Origin: an uncultured Anaerolineae bacterium
GTDB taxonomy: Bacteria; Chloroflexota; Anaerolineae; J036; Brachytrichaceae
DNA: 64,000 nt
Reading direction: 5' to 3'
Assembly (NCBI GenBank): GCA_937927775.1
Contig: CALBEF010000013.1
Span: 52,079-116,078 of the forward strand
A program made the position numbers and the translations under genes. Every line of letters begins with the position of its first letter. The first letter of the stretch is position 1. The notes under the pieces were generated by a model. The model saw only the letters and a list, made by a program, of their open reading frames with translations. It ran no database searches and was not told the DNA's origin. Shown here piece by piece: positions 17,364 to 25,168 of this stretch.

Positions 17364-19841
17364 TCACCTCAACCAGCACACCGTCAACTGAGCATCGTCC
17401 ACAAACAGACTGGACGGCAAACTGCCGTCCGTGCTGGCCTTGAACGACACCCACACGCGCTGGCCGGCGTAGCGGCCCGCGTCGGGCACGCTGAGCGTGT
17501 GTTGCACCCAGGCATTGCGCCCGGCGCTGGTGTTGTCGATCTGCTGCGGCGCCACAATCTCGAGGCCCTGCTCTGTTTCCACACCCACCAGAAAACGGTC
17601 GTACACGGTTGAAACGCTGGTCTCACTGGTGCTGAGATAGCGCCAGTACGTCAGCGTGATGCTGACAACAGCCGGCGGCAGTTGCACGGTCTGGAGCAAT
17701 TCATTCCAGTAATAGTTGAGCGACGGCGAGCCGATGCGCCCGCTGCGCGCGCCGGCGCGCGGGCGCGTGGTGAAGATGAAGGCGTCGTTGTAGATCGCGC
17801 TGGAGGTGTTGGCAATCCCCACCCAGGGCCGGCCCGGCGGCGCGCCCTCGAAGTCGCCGTTGACCAGCAGATCGGCGCACTCAACCGACAGGAGCGCCGA
17901 TTCCTTATCTTCCTCGCTCAGGCCGATAATGGGCAAATAGGCTGCATGCGCCTGTTCCTGTTGCGGGGCGGCCGACGGGTCGGGCGCGGGCTGCGCATCC
18001 GTGATTGTCATCGCAGCGGCTTCGTTCGAGGCGGGCGGGCACTCGCGCATCAAGGACACATCATCGATGAAGAAACTGCTGGCGTTGTCGCCGTCGTTGT
18101 TGCCGGTGAAACTGAGGCGAACTACAGAGCCGGCATAGCCGGACACATCAAACACGAGGGCCTCTTTCACCCACACATTGCGCGCCGCCGCGCTGGTCAA
18201 CACCCAGGGCGGCGCGATGTCCGCGCCGGCGGGCGTCGTGAGACGCGCCACCAGCGTGTCGTCGCCGTTGCCGGCCGGCTCGTAACTGCGCGCCTGACGC
18301 CAGAAGGTGAGTGTCAGTTGCGCGCTGCCGGGCGGGATCGTGACGGTCTGCGCCAGTGTGTCCACGTAGTTCACCACGTTGCCCAGCCAGCCACCCCACA
18401 CACCGCTGTGCGGCCGGCTTTTGTAAATCAGCGGATCGTTGCGGCCCTGCGAGTTGGTCGCCGTCCAGGGGGTTCCCGGCAAGCCGCTCTCAAAGCCGCC
18501 GTTGACGATCAGCTCGGTTGGCTGGCAGCCGGGCGGCGGTTCGTTCAGCCGGGCGCGGATGAACTCGGTGGGGTTCACGTAGCCGGCAGCAGGATAAGGA
18601 TAGTCATCGGGATGAATGCGATAGGTATAGCCGCGCCCTGGATACGCATACGCGCAACTGGGATAGTTGTAGCCATAGGCGTTCGTGCCGGGCACATAGA
18701 TATTCGTGCCATCGAGGAACCAGCGCATCTCGAAGTGCAGATGCGAGTCATAGCTGGGATGCTGGCCGGCCGTGCGCCCGGTGTAGCCCTGCGACAACAC
18801 CGTCGCAATCTGCTGCCCGCGCGACACCATCTGCCCCTCGGCCACCCGCACATTCGTCACATGGCCGTACATCGAGTAGATGGCGCGTCCGTCGGGCAGG
18901 CGGTGGCGAATCATCACCACGTTGCCGGGATAGCTGATGCCCGGATTGTGTCTGGCCACCACGCCATCGGCCACTGCATAGACCGGCGCGCCGGCCGTGT
19001 TCGCGCCATCCAGCCGGTACCAGTCCTCGCCGCTGTGCAACATGCGCGACCAGTCCACGCCATAGCACTTGATACGCCACTGATCGAGATTGCGAATGGC
19101 GTAGCCCAGCCATTCCATATGCGTGTCGCTAATCACGATGCCGGTCGGGATGCCATACAGCACGCCGGCTGCCGAGCGCATGGGATAGGTAAACACCGAG
19201 GCCACCGGCGGCTCAGCCTGGGCACTCGATGGCTGGGCGATAAACGGCCTGGGCCGCAGTGGTTGCGCCAGCACGCGGAACGACGCAACCAGCCGGTTGA
19301 AGATGGCCTCGCTCTGCGGGGTCGGCTCCACCGGCCCGCCGATACCGCCACCGTACAGGTTGATGCGATACACCACGCCATCGCCGGCAACGAGCACGGT
19401 GTATTTGTCGCCGTCGCCCAGCGCCCGGTCGCGCTCCAGCCGAATGGCCGCGCGGCCATTGATCGACATCACCTCCGGCGTCGGAACTTGCGCGCCGGCT
19501 GCTGCTGCGCGCGCAGACGCAAAGGCAGCCAGGCCGAGAGCTTCGGGGTTGTCCAGCGCCATGATCGACACGCCCTGATAGTCGTATGTGTCGCTGACCG
19601 GGAATTGGGCGTAGACAATTTTGAAACGTTGCGAGGCGTCTTCGCTTTCGGTGATCAGCGTCCCATCGGGGTAGTCGAAGGCATACGCGGCGTCGGCGCT
19701 GACGTAGGCGCGCCAGCCGTTGTCGGCCTGCGCGCTGGATTGCGCCGGCTCTCTCACAACAGCCAGCGCCAGGCCGGCTGACACAATCAGGCCGGCCAGC
19801 AGCGCATATCGAGCCGCCAGTTTATCGGACGATTGAGTCAT
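17364..19841 (-). CDS. Large secreted M23 metallopeptidase with two C-terminal jelly-roll (CBM-like) repeats
   Basis: M23 motifs HSGEDWY...PVYAVADGVV...MYGH...HLHFEMRW. Two ~170-aa repeats begin C..LIVNGGFESG / C.DLLVNGDFEGA and end FIDDVSL / FVDDAQL. Start set at MTQSSDKLAARY (19841). Confidence 0.8.
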   Translation of the reverse strand: MTQSSDKLAARYALLAGLIVSAGLALAVVREPAQSSAQADNGWRAYVSADAAYAFDYPDGTLITESEDASQRFKIVYAQFPVSDTYDYQGVSIMALDNPEALGLAAFASARAAAAGAQVPTPEVMSINGRAAIRLERDRALGDGDKYTVLVAGDGVVYRINLYGGGIGGPVEPTPQSEAIFNRLVASFRVLAQPLRPRPFIAQPSSAQAEPPVASVFTYPMRSAAGVLYGIPTGIVISDTHMEWLGYAIRNLDQWRIKCYGVDWSRMLHSGEDWYRLDGANTAGAPVYAVADGVVARHNPGISYPGNVVMIRHRLPDGRAIYSMYGHVTNVRVAEGQMVSRGQQIATVLSQGYTGRTAGQHPSYDSHLHFEMRWFLDGTNIYVPGTNAYGYNYPSCAYAYPGRGYTYRIHPDDYPYPAAGYVNPTEFIRARLNEPPPGCQPTELIVNGGFESGLPGTPWTATNSQGRNDPLIYKSRPHSGVWGGWLGNVVNYVDTLAQTVTIPPGSAQLTLTFWRQARSYEPAGNGDDTLVARLTTPAGADIAPPWVLTSAAARNVWVKEALVFDVSGYAGSVVRLSFTGNNDGDNASSFFIDDVSLMRECPPASNEAAAMTITDAQPAPDPSAAPQQEQAHAAYLPIIGLSEEDKESALLSVECADLLVNGDFEGAPPGRPWVGIANTSSAIYNDAFIFTTRPRAGARSGRIGSPSLNYYWNELLQTVQLPPAVVSITLTYWRYLSTSETSVSTVYDRFLVGVETEQGLEIVAPQQIDNTSAGRNAWVQHTLSVPDAGRYAGQRVWVSFKASTDGSLPSSLFVDDAQLTVCWLR

Positions 19842-19904
19842 CGGGCCATTGGGGCATCGAGCCATTGGGGCATCGCCCAATCGCTCAATCAATCACTCAA
19901 TCAC
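19831..19904. repeat. 8-mer-type array (CCATTGGGGCATCGAG / CAATCRCT units) spanning the biotinyl-carrier gene stop and the M23 gene start
   Basis: GATTGAGTCATCGGGCCATTGGGGCATCGAGCCATTGGGGCATCGCCCAATCGCTCAATCAATCACTCAATCAC. Confidence 0.75.
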
Positions 19905-20390
19905 GACCAGCACCTGGTTCTGTTCGACCGCCTGGCGCGGTTCTACTTTGACCGCGACCACCTTGCCGTCGCGCGGCGCTTTGAGTTCGTTCTCCATCTT
20001 CATCGACTCAAGCACTGCCACGACCTGCCCTTTCTTCACCGTGTCGCCCGGCTGAACCGGCAACGAGACGATCAGGCCGGGCATGGGTGATTTCACGGTC
20101 AGCTCGCCGGTGGCAGCCGTGAATGCGCCGGCGGCTTCGGCAAGTCGCTTGGCTCGCTCGTCGACCACGCGCGCGTGATACAGCGTGCCATCAATCAAGA
20201 CGCGATAACCGTCTTCGCTCTCCTCCACCAGCGCCTCGAAAGACTGGTTCTCAACCAAAAGAGAATACAACCCTTCCTGGTCAATCGCGCGCATGTCCAG
20301 CGGGCGCGTCTGATTGTCAATAACAATTTCCCCCTCGCGGTCAATATCGATGGTGTAGACGCGGTCGCCGACGGCTGTGATATATCTCAT
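19893..20390 (-). CDS. Biotin/lipoyl attachment domain protein (biotin carboxyl carrier-like)
   Basis: C-terminal PMPGLIVSLPVQPGDTVKKGQVVAVLESMKMENELKAPRDGKV carries the MKM biotinylation motif. Start at MRYITAV (ATG 20390), with TATAAT 10 nt upstream. Confidence 0.8.
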   Translation of the reverse strand: MRYITAVGDRVYTIDIDREGEIVIDNQTRPLDMRAIDQEGLYSLLVENQSFEALVEESEDGYRVLIDGTLYHARVVDERAKRLAEAAGAFTAATGELTVKSPMPGLIVSLPVQPGDTVKKGQVVAVLESMKMENELKAPRDGKVVAVKVEPRQAVEQNQVLVVIE

Positions 20391-20426
20391 GGCCAGCAGT
20401 ATTATAGGCGCAAGAGAGTGGCGCCC

Positions 20427-21077
20427 ATGCCCAAAGTATTGACCGCATCCAACAACGCGCACAAGCAGCAGGAGTTGCGCGAGATTTTCGCGCTGTGCGA
20501 CGCGCCGGTTGAGCTTGTCGCGCCGCGCGATATTGGCCTGGACCTGCAGCCGGCCGAGACCGCCGACACCTACGCGGGCAACGCGCAACTCAAGGCGCGG
20601 GCTTTCGCGCAGGCGCTGGCAGAACGCGGCGGGGGGCTATGGGTCATGGCCGACGACTCCGGCCTGGAAGTGGACGCCCTGGCCGGCCGGCCCGGCATTC
20701 ATTCCTCGCGCTACCATCAGCAGGCGCCCGACGGCGACGGCTGCCGGGCGTTGCTGGCCGAGCTGGCCGGCGTGCCCGACGATCGGCGCGCTGCCCGCTT
20801 CCGGGCTGTCATCGTGCTGATCGCGCCCGACGGCAACGAATATGTGTTCGAGGGCCTGTGCGAAGGGCGCATCGGCCACGAGAAACGCGGGGCCAATGGC
20901 TTTGGGTTCGACCCGGTGTTCGTAACGGAGGACGGGCGCACGATGGCCGAGTTGCCGGCGGCGGCCAAACACTGCATCAGCCATCGCGGCATGGCCGCGC
21001 GCCGGGCAGCCGAGTTTTTGCGTGAGCTGACATCCCCGGAATCTTGTAGATTCCGGGGATGTGATAATGGGATGTGA
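20427..21077 (+). CDS. rdgB: Non-canonical purine NTP pyrophosphatase (RdgB/HAM1 family)
   Basis: VLTASNNAHKQQELREIF...DDSGLEVDALAGRPGIHSSRY...FGFDPVF...SHRG. The last ~15 codons run through the palindromic element, so the native C-terminus is uncertain. Confidence 0.88.
   Translation: MPKVLTASNNAHKQQELREIFALCDAPVELVAPRDIGLDLQPAETADTYAGNAQLKARAFAQALAERGGGLWVMADDSGLEVDALAGRPGIHSSRYHQQAPDGDGCRALLAELAGVPDDRRAARFRAVIVLIAPDGNEYVFEGLCEGRIGHEKRGANGFGFDPVFVTEDGRTMAELPAAAKHCISHRGMAARRAAEFLRELTSPESCRFRGCDNGM
21030..21063. repeat. Palindromic (REP-like) element, copy 2
   Basis: ACATCCCCGGAATCTT-GT-AGATTCCGGGGATGTG. Same arms as 17306..17340. Followed by the direct duplication GATGTGATAAT GG GATGTGATAAT (21054..21079). 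Confidence 0.8.
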
Positions 21078-21087
21078 TAATCCTGGC

Positions 21088-21495
21088 ATGGCACACAAGA
21101 AACCCGGAACGCGCGCCAAAGGGGACGTGAACATTCAGATCGGCCAGGCCGACAACGCCCAGATCGCCGCCGGCTATGAGCGCGTGGATGCCACGTTCGG
21201 CCCGCGTCTCGACGTGAAGCTGGGCGGGCGTGGGCGCAAACGCAAAGCGCCGGCCAAAACCGCCGACAAGCCCGGCCCTGCCCCTGAACAGCTTGCTGTG
21301 TTCCAGACCCTGCGCGAGCGGTTCACGCTGGAGGAGATCGAGGCCATCTGCTGGGAATTGGGAATCACGTTCGACGACCTGCCGGCGCGCACGCTGACCG
21401 GCAAGGCCCGCCAACTGGTCGAGCGCGCAACCGCCCTGAACGCGCTCGACAAGCTGATCGACATCGTGCGCCGCGAGCGCCCGCAGACAGAGTAG
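21088..21495 (+). CDS. Small hypothetical protein with basic linker and C-terminal helical effector-associated-domain-like module
   Basis: C-terminus LRERFTLEEIEAICWELGITFDDLPARTLTGKARQLVERATALNALDKLIDIVRRERP resembles adaptor (EAD/death-like) helical domains of conflict systems; this is pattern recognition only. GATAAT lies 6 nt upstream of ATG 21088, and an intrinsic terminator follows. Confidence 0.45.
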   Translation: MAHKKPGTRAKGDVNIQIGQADNAQIAAGYERVDATFGPRLDVKLGGRGRKRKAPAKTADKPGPAPEQLAVFQTLRERFTLEEIEAICWELGITFDDLPARTLTGKARQLVERATALNALDKLIDIVRRERPQTE

Positions 21496-21517
21496 GCGCG
21501 CCTTCGGCGCGCTTTTG
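21495..21517 (+). terminator. Intrinsic terminator after the small EAD-like gene
   Basis: GGCGCGCC-TTC-GGCGCGC followed by TTTTGG. A second hairpin, CCTTGTG-TTGA-CACAAGG (21526..21543), faces the convergent mrr gene. Confidence 0.65.
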
Positions 21518-21562
21518 GCGCGCTTTCCTTGTGTTGACACAAGGTAGCAACGCGGCCTGGCC

Positions 21563-22483
21563 TCAATCCAGGTCGAAGTAATCTGCGTCGATGCGTTTGA
21601 CGATGTAGCTGGCCACCTCGGCAACGCCGATGCCGTAGTCAATCATCAACTGCGCCAGTTGCTCGCCGTCGATCAGCACGATCTTTTTCTCAATGCGACT
21701 CACATAGTCGCGCGCGTCCTGCGAGAACTGCGACGTTGTGATCAACACGCCTTTGCGCGCGCGCTGGCCTTCCAGGCTGCCGGCAAAAGCCTGCACGACC
21801 GAGCGTCCAACTGTCCCATCCCAACGCTTGGCCTGCACATACACCACATCCAGGCCGAGCCGGTCTTCCTTGATGATGCCGTCGATGCCCCCATCGCCGC
21901 TCTGACCAACCGCCTGGCCGGCGTCCTTGCGCGAACCGCCGTAGCCCATCGCCACCAGCAAGTCAACCACCAGTCTCTCGAAGAAGCGGGGCGAGACCGA
22001 TTTGACCCTCTCCAGAAGTTCACGGGCCAATTCGCGGCGCAGGCTCTGATGGGCGGCCTCGAGCGTTTCTTCCGGCGTCTGGACAATGTCATCGGTCTCA
22101 TCAGCCGCCGCATCGTCCGCGCGCCGATTGTTGCGCCGGGAAGCCTGGCGACTCTCGGCCAACTCCGGGAATCGCATCAGATATTTGATATCGATGCGTT
22201 CGGGCCGGCTTTGCAGCGCCTCGACGCCCCGTGGCGTAATTTTGACCCAGCCCCTGCCGGCGTTCTCAACCAGGAGCGCGCGCTTAAGGTACGAACGCGC
22301 CCAGGAAACACGATTCAGAAAGCGCTCCTGCTTGCCGCTCGGCAGAAGTTCTTTTCGTTCGTCGTCGGTCAAACCAAAGCGCAAAGCCAGCGCCTCGACC
22401 AGTTCTCCGTGCGCGCGCTCTCGTCCATCGGCAAGCAATTCGAGCAGCGGCAACATCAAAGACTGAAAATCGGGTATCGCCAT
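21563..22483 (-). CDS. mrr: Mrr-family type IV restriction endonuclease
   Basis: N-terminal Mrr winged helix MAIPDFQSLMLPLLELLADGRERAHGEL...RVSWARSYLKRALL. C-terminal Mrr_cat core GGIDGIIKEDRLGLDVVYVQAKRW. Start at ATG 22483; the longer track ORF is a GC-driven extension. Confidence 0.85.
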   Translation of the reverse strand: MAIPDFQSLMLPLLELLADGRERAHGELVEALALRFGLTDDERKELLPSGKQERFLNRVSWARSYLKRALLVENAGRGWVKITPRGVEALQSRPERIDIKYLMRFPELAESRQASRRNNRRADDAAADETDDIVQTPEETLEAAHQSLRRELARELLERVKSVSPRFFERLVVDLLVAMGYGGSRKDAGQAVGQSGDGGIDGIIKEDRLGLDVVYVQAKRWDGTVGRSVVQAFAGSLEGQRARKGVLITTSQFSQDARDYVSRIEKKIVLIDGEQLAQLMIDYGIGVAEVASYIVKRIDADYFDLD

Positions 22484-22568
22484 GTTGTGGTGTCTCAGCA
22501 ATTCACTGCGCGCGCCTGATGTATGACACACCCGCCAGGGCAGGCGCACCGGCCGGCCCTCGGCGCAA

Positions 22569-22997
22569 TCACAGGGTGCGTGTGCAGAACTCAGTGCCGC
22601 CGGCGCGGGTGAACATGCCGCCACAGGCGCGAATCGGGCCGCTCCACATACGGCTCCAGATCTGGCGCGCGTGCCACTGCTGCAAGGTGCGATTGCCCAT
22701 CCCCATGAACGCATACGGCGTGCCGCGCGCCAGCCAGTCGCTGGGCACAGTGAAGCGCGACCATTTGGCGTTGCAGGCGCGCGAGTAACGCAACTCGACG
22801 CGCGCGCCACGCTCGATGACGGAGGCGATGGTGATCGCGTCACGGTTGCAGCCCATGGCCTGCGGGTCCCTGCCGCGACAGCCGGCGCCCCAGCATCCCA
22901 CCCCGGCCTGCGCCGGGGATGGCGCAGCCAGAAACGCCGCGAGGCTGACACACACGGCGAACAACATCACGACATTGAAGGATTTCGCGGTTTTCAC
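22569..22997 (-). CDS. Secreted Cys-rich protein (DUF2690-like)
   Basis: Signal peptide MKTAKSFNVVMLFAVCVSLAAFLAAPSPAQA, then C.G..C.GRDPQAMGC..DA...VELRYSRACNAKWSRF, a pattern typical of DUF2690. Confidence 0.65.
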   Translation of the reverse strand: MKTAKSFNVVMLFAVCVSLAAFLAAPSPAQAGVGCWGAGCRGRDPQAMGCNRDAITIASVIERGARVELRYSRACNAKWSRFTVPSDWLARGTPYAFMGMGNRTLQQWHARQIWSRMWSGPIRACGGMFTRAGGTEFCTRTL

Positions 22998-23068
22998 ATG
23001 CGCCTCCTGGTCCGATTCAAACCGGTCGCCGTGTCAATTATGCGCCCGCGCACGGCGCGACGCGCGGG

Positions 23069-23569
23069 CTAAGCGCGCTGCAAAGCCCACAACTGGCGCG
23101 TCAACTGGGCATGGCCGATGTGCTGGCTGAGATGGTCGATGGCGTGCACGATGCAGTGGCGGGTGGTGAACACGCGCTCCGGCCGTTTGGGATGCGCGCG
23201 CTCGGCGTCCAGTTCAGCCGGTGTGAAGCCGTTCAACAGGTCATGCGCCAGTTCGCGGATGCGGCGGGCGCGCTCGCGCAGGGCAGCCGGGTCGTGATCG
23301 GCCGGCGTGAACTCATCGCGCCCGCGATCGCCGTCCACGGCGCTGAACTCGCGCCTGCCGGCGCAGTATTCGGCCAGCCGCAACAGATACACGGTGGAAG
23401 AGAGGCCATGCGCGATCACCCAGCCCAATTGGCCGCTGGGGCCTTTCCACGGGCTGGACTCGAACGGCCGCCACAGCAGCGCTTCGGGTTCGAGGCCATC
23501 CAGCACTTCGTCCATTTGCGCGCACAATTCGTCGAGCACTCTGCGATAGGTGTCCAGTTCAGTTGCCAT
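23069..23569 (-). CDS. DinB-family (DinB_2) four-helix-bundle protein
   Basis: 166 aa. ...LGWVIAHGLSSTVYLL... and C-terminal HAIDHLSQHIGHAQL are typical DinB metal-ligand histidines. Confidence 0.75.
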   Translation of the reverse strand: MATELDTYRRVLDELCAQMDEVLDGLEPEALLWRPFESSPWKGPSGQLGWVIAHGLSSTVYLLRLAEYCAGRREFSAVDGDRGRDEFTPADHDPAALRERARRIRELAHDLLNGFTPAELDAERAHPKRPERVFTTRHCIVHAIDHLSQHIGHAQLTRQLWALQRA

Positions 23570-23619
23570 ATCCGCATGATAGCCGGTATGGGGCAGACGG
23601 GCAGACGCAACCGATCGGG

Positions 23620-24423
23620 TCAGCGACCAAGCGCCTGCAGAATGGTGTCTTTAGTGAGCAGATCCGCTTCTGCGCTCGTCTCGAGAAAGGGCCGCACATC
23701 ATCTGCCACACGCCCCCAGTCCAGATCGAGCGCGCGCCGGCGAACTGTCGCGCGCCAGTTGGTCAGGGACAGGCGCGGCCCCGGCCAGCCGGTTTGCTCG
23801 AGGGCATTATTGAGCATGACGAGATTGGGCGGCGGCCAGGCCGGGTCACTCAGATACCACAAGAGGTCATACCAGTCGCGCCCTTTGGCATACAGGCGCG
23901 AGAGAATCGCGTGCAACTTGCCGGCCAACAATGAGGCGCGGTCGTGATGCTGAAGCCGCAGCATCACGTGCCGGCGCACCACCGTTGTCGCCAGGATTGC
24001 CCCGGCCGGCGGTCTGGTGTCCACTTCGATCTTGACCGAGAACGTTTCGTCTCGCAACGGCGAGAGGCCAAGCTCATACAACAAACCGCGAAATTGAACG
24101 AACGCGCTGTGAACCACCTTGCGGTCATTCACCCTCAACTCGACGGTGTAACCTTCAGCGGAAAGCGTCGAGCGCACCCGTTCGAGATAAGCGCGGAAGT
24201 CATACTGTTCGGGCGCGCGTTCCAGGGCAAAGTCCAGGTCTTCTGAAAAGCGCGGCGCGCCGTGCAAAAACCGCAGGGCCGTGCCGCCGTGAAAGGCCAG
24301 CGGGATCATCGCGCCGGCGCGCTGCAAAGCGGCCAGGATGCGCGCCTGAAGATATTCACGCGCCAGATTGCGGCCGCGCAGCGGGGGCTGGCTGCGCATC
24401 TGCTGCGCCAGATGTTCTTTCAT
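23620..24423 (-). CDS. AbiEii/AbiGii nucleotidyltransferase toxin (type IV TA)
   Basis: LAFHGGTALRFLHGAPRFSEDLDFAL... and ...GRDWYDL motifs. 4-nt overlap with the upstream antitoxin gene. Confidence 0.8.
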   Translation of the reverse strand: MKEHLAQQMRSQPPLRGRNLAREYLQARILAALQRAGAMIPLAFHGGTALRFLHGAPRFSEDLDFALERAPEQYDFRAYLERVRSTLSAEGYTVELRVNDRKVVHSAFVQFRGLLYELGLSPLRDETFSVKIEVDTRPPAGAILATTVVRRHVMLRLQHHDRASLLAGKLHAILSRLYAKGRDWYDLLWYLSDPAWPPPNLVMLNNALEQTGWPGPRLSLTNWRATVRRRALDLDWGRVADDVRPFLETSAEADLLTKDTILQALGR

Positions 24424-25061
24424 AGCGACTCATGGGCGAACGCCCCGGCCTGAATCATCCCGGCAATGAGGGTCGCCGCGCGTTTGAGCCGGGGTTGGCC
24501 GGCCCGCTCGGCCATCTGCCGCAACACAGGCAAATCGAATAGTTCGACGTGTTGCAGCCGCAGCTCGGCCAGATAGTCCTGCGAGTCGGCGCCGGGTGTG
24601 AGATGGATCAAATCGAGCAACGCCTTCTCCGGGCGCGCGACAAATGCCGACTGGCCCTGACCCAGCGCCACGAGTTGATAGCCGAACATCAGGTCGCGCT
24701 TGAGCACGTGGAACTCGAAACTGCCGCCGGGAGTGTCCCAGCGCCGGCGGCGGTGGACAGACACACTGACCGTCAGCGGGACAGATTCTGGAATCAGGCC
24801 ATAGTGAGCCAGCGCAGACTGGCAACTGACATAGGAGCCGGTCAACAGTCGATTGGCGACTACAAACGGATGCGGCGCGACTTTCTGGTACGGCTGCGCA
24901 AGCGCGTACAGCCCGCGCCTGAACTGCCACAACCGCCCGGCCCTGACCCAGCGCGACAACTGGCGACGCGCGTCGCCGGGGTCAACCGCGCCGGCCAGCA
25001 ACAAGCCGGTCTCGAAAACCGGCTCATCAGCCACAACTTCGATCAACTCACTAAATTTCAC
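24420..25061 (-). CDS. AbiEi-family antitoxin / transcriptional regulator (type IV TA)
   Basis: N-terminal wHTH ...ARRQLSRWVRAGRLWQFRRGLYAL... followed by ...YVSCQSALAHYGLIPE, the AbiEi_4 pattern. Immediately upstream of the AbiEii gene. Confidence 0.8.
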   Translation of the reverse strand: MKFSELIEVVADEPVFETGLLLAGAVDPGDARRQLSRWVRAGRLWQFRRGLYALAQPYQKVAPHPFVVANRLLTGSYVSCQSALAHYGLIPESVPLTVSVSVHRRRRWDTPGGSFEFHVLKRDLMFGYQLVALGQGQSAFVARPEKALLDLIHLTPGADSQDYLAELRLQHVELFDLPVLRQMAERAGQPRLKRAATLIAGMIQAGAFAHESL

Positions 25062-25155
25062 GGCATTATTTTACCGCAAATGGCAACTTGCTGCTTTGAA
25101 AATCCGACGGAACTGCCCGCGCGCTCTGGCAGACATTTCGATGGAGTGCGGCTCC

Positions 25156-25161
25156 TATAAT
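25156..25161 (+). promoter_or_regulatory. -10 box (TATAAT) 7 nt upstream of the metH ATG, suggesting a leaderless transcript
   Basis: TATAAT at 25156..25161, spacer CGCGCCC, ATG at 25169. No Shine-Dalgarno is possible in that spacing. Confidence 0.4.
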
Positions 25162-25168
25162 CGCGCCC

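Noticed and set aside
21020-21077. C-terminal tail of RdgB (..TSPESCRFRGCDNGM)
   Set aside because: It is encoded by the palindromic REP-like element and the following duplication. This is probably read-through caused by the lack of a stop codon rather than a functional extension. The CDS end at 21077 is kept only because that is the first stop.
21563-22951. 462-aa version of the mrr ORF
   Set aside because: The upstream 155 codons are Arg/Ala/Pro/Ser-rich and overlap the DUF2690-like gene in another frame. The Mrr N-terminal domain begins exactly at the internal ATG (22483, MAIPDFQSLMLPLLE).
25062-25168. SAM/SAH/cobalamin riboswitch upstream of metH
   Set aside because: The spacer is only 107 nt, and a TATAAT box sits 7 nt from the ATG. 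That leaves no room for a structured leader.
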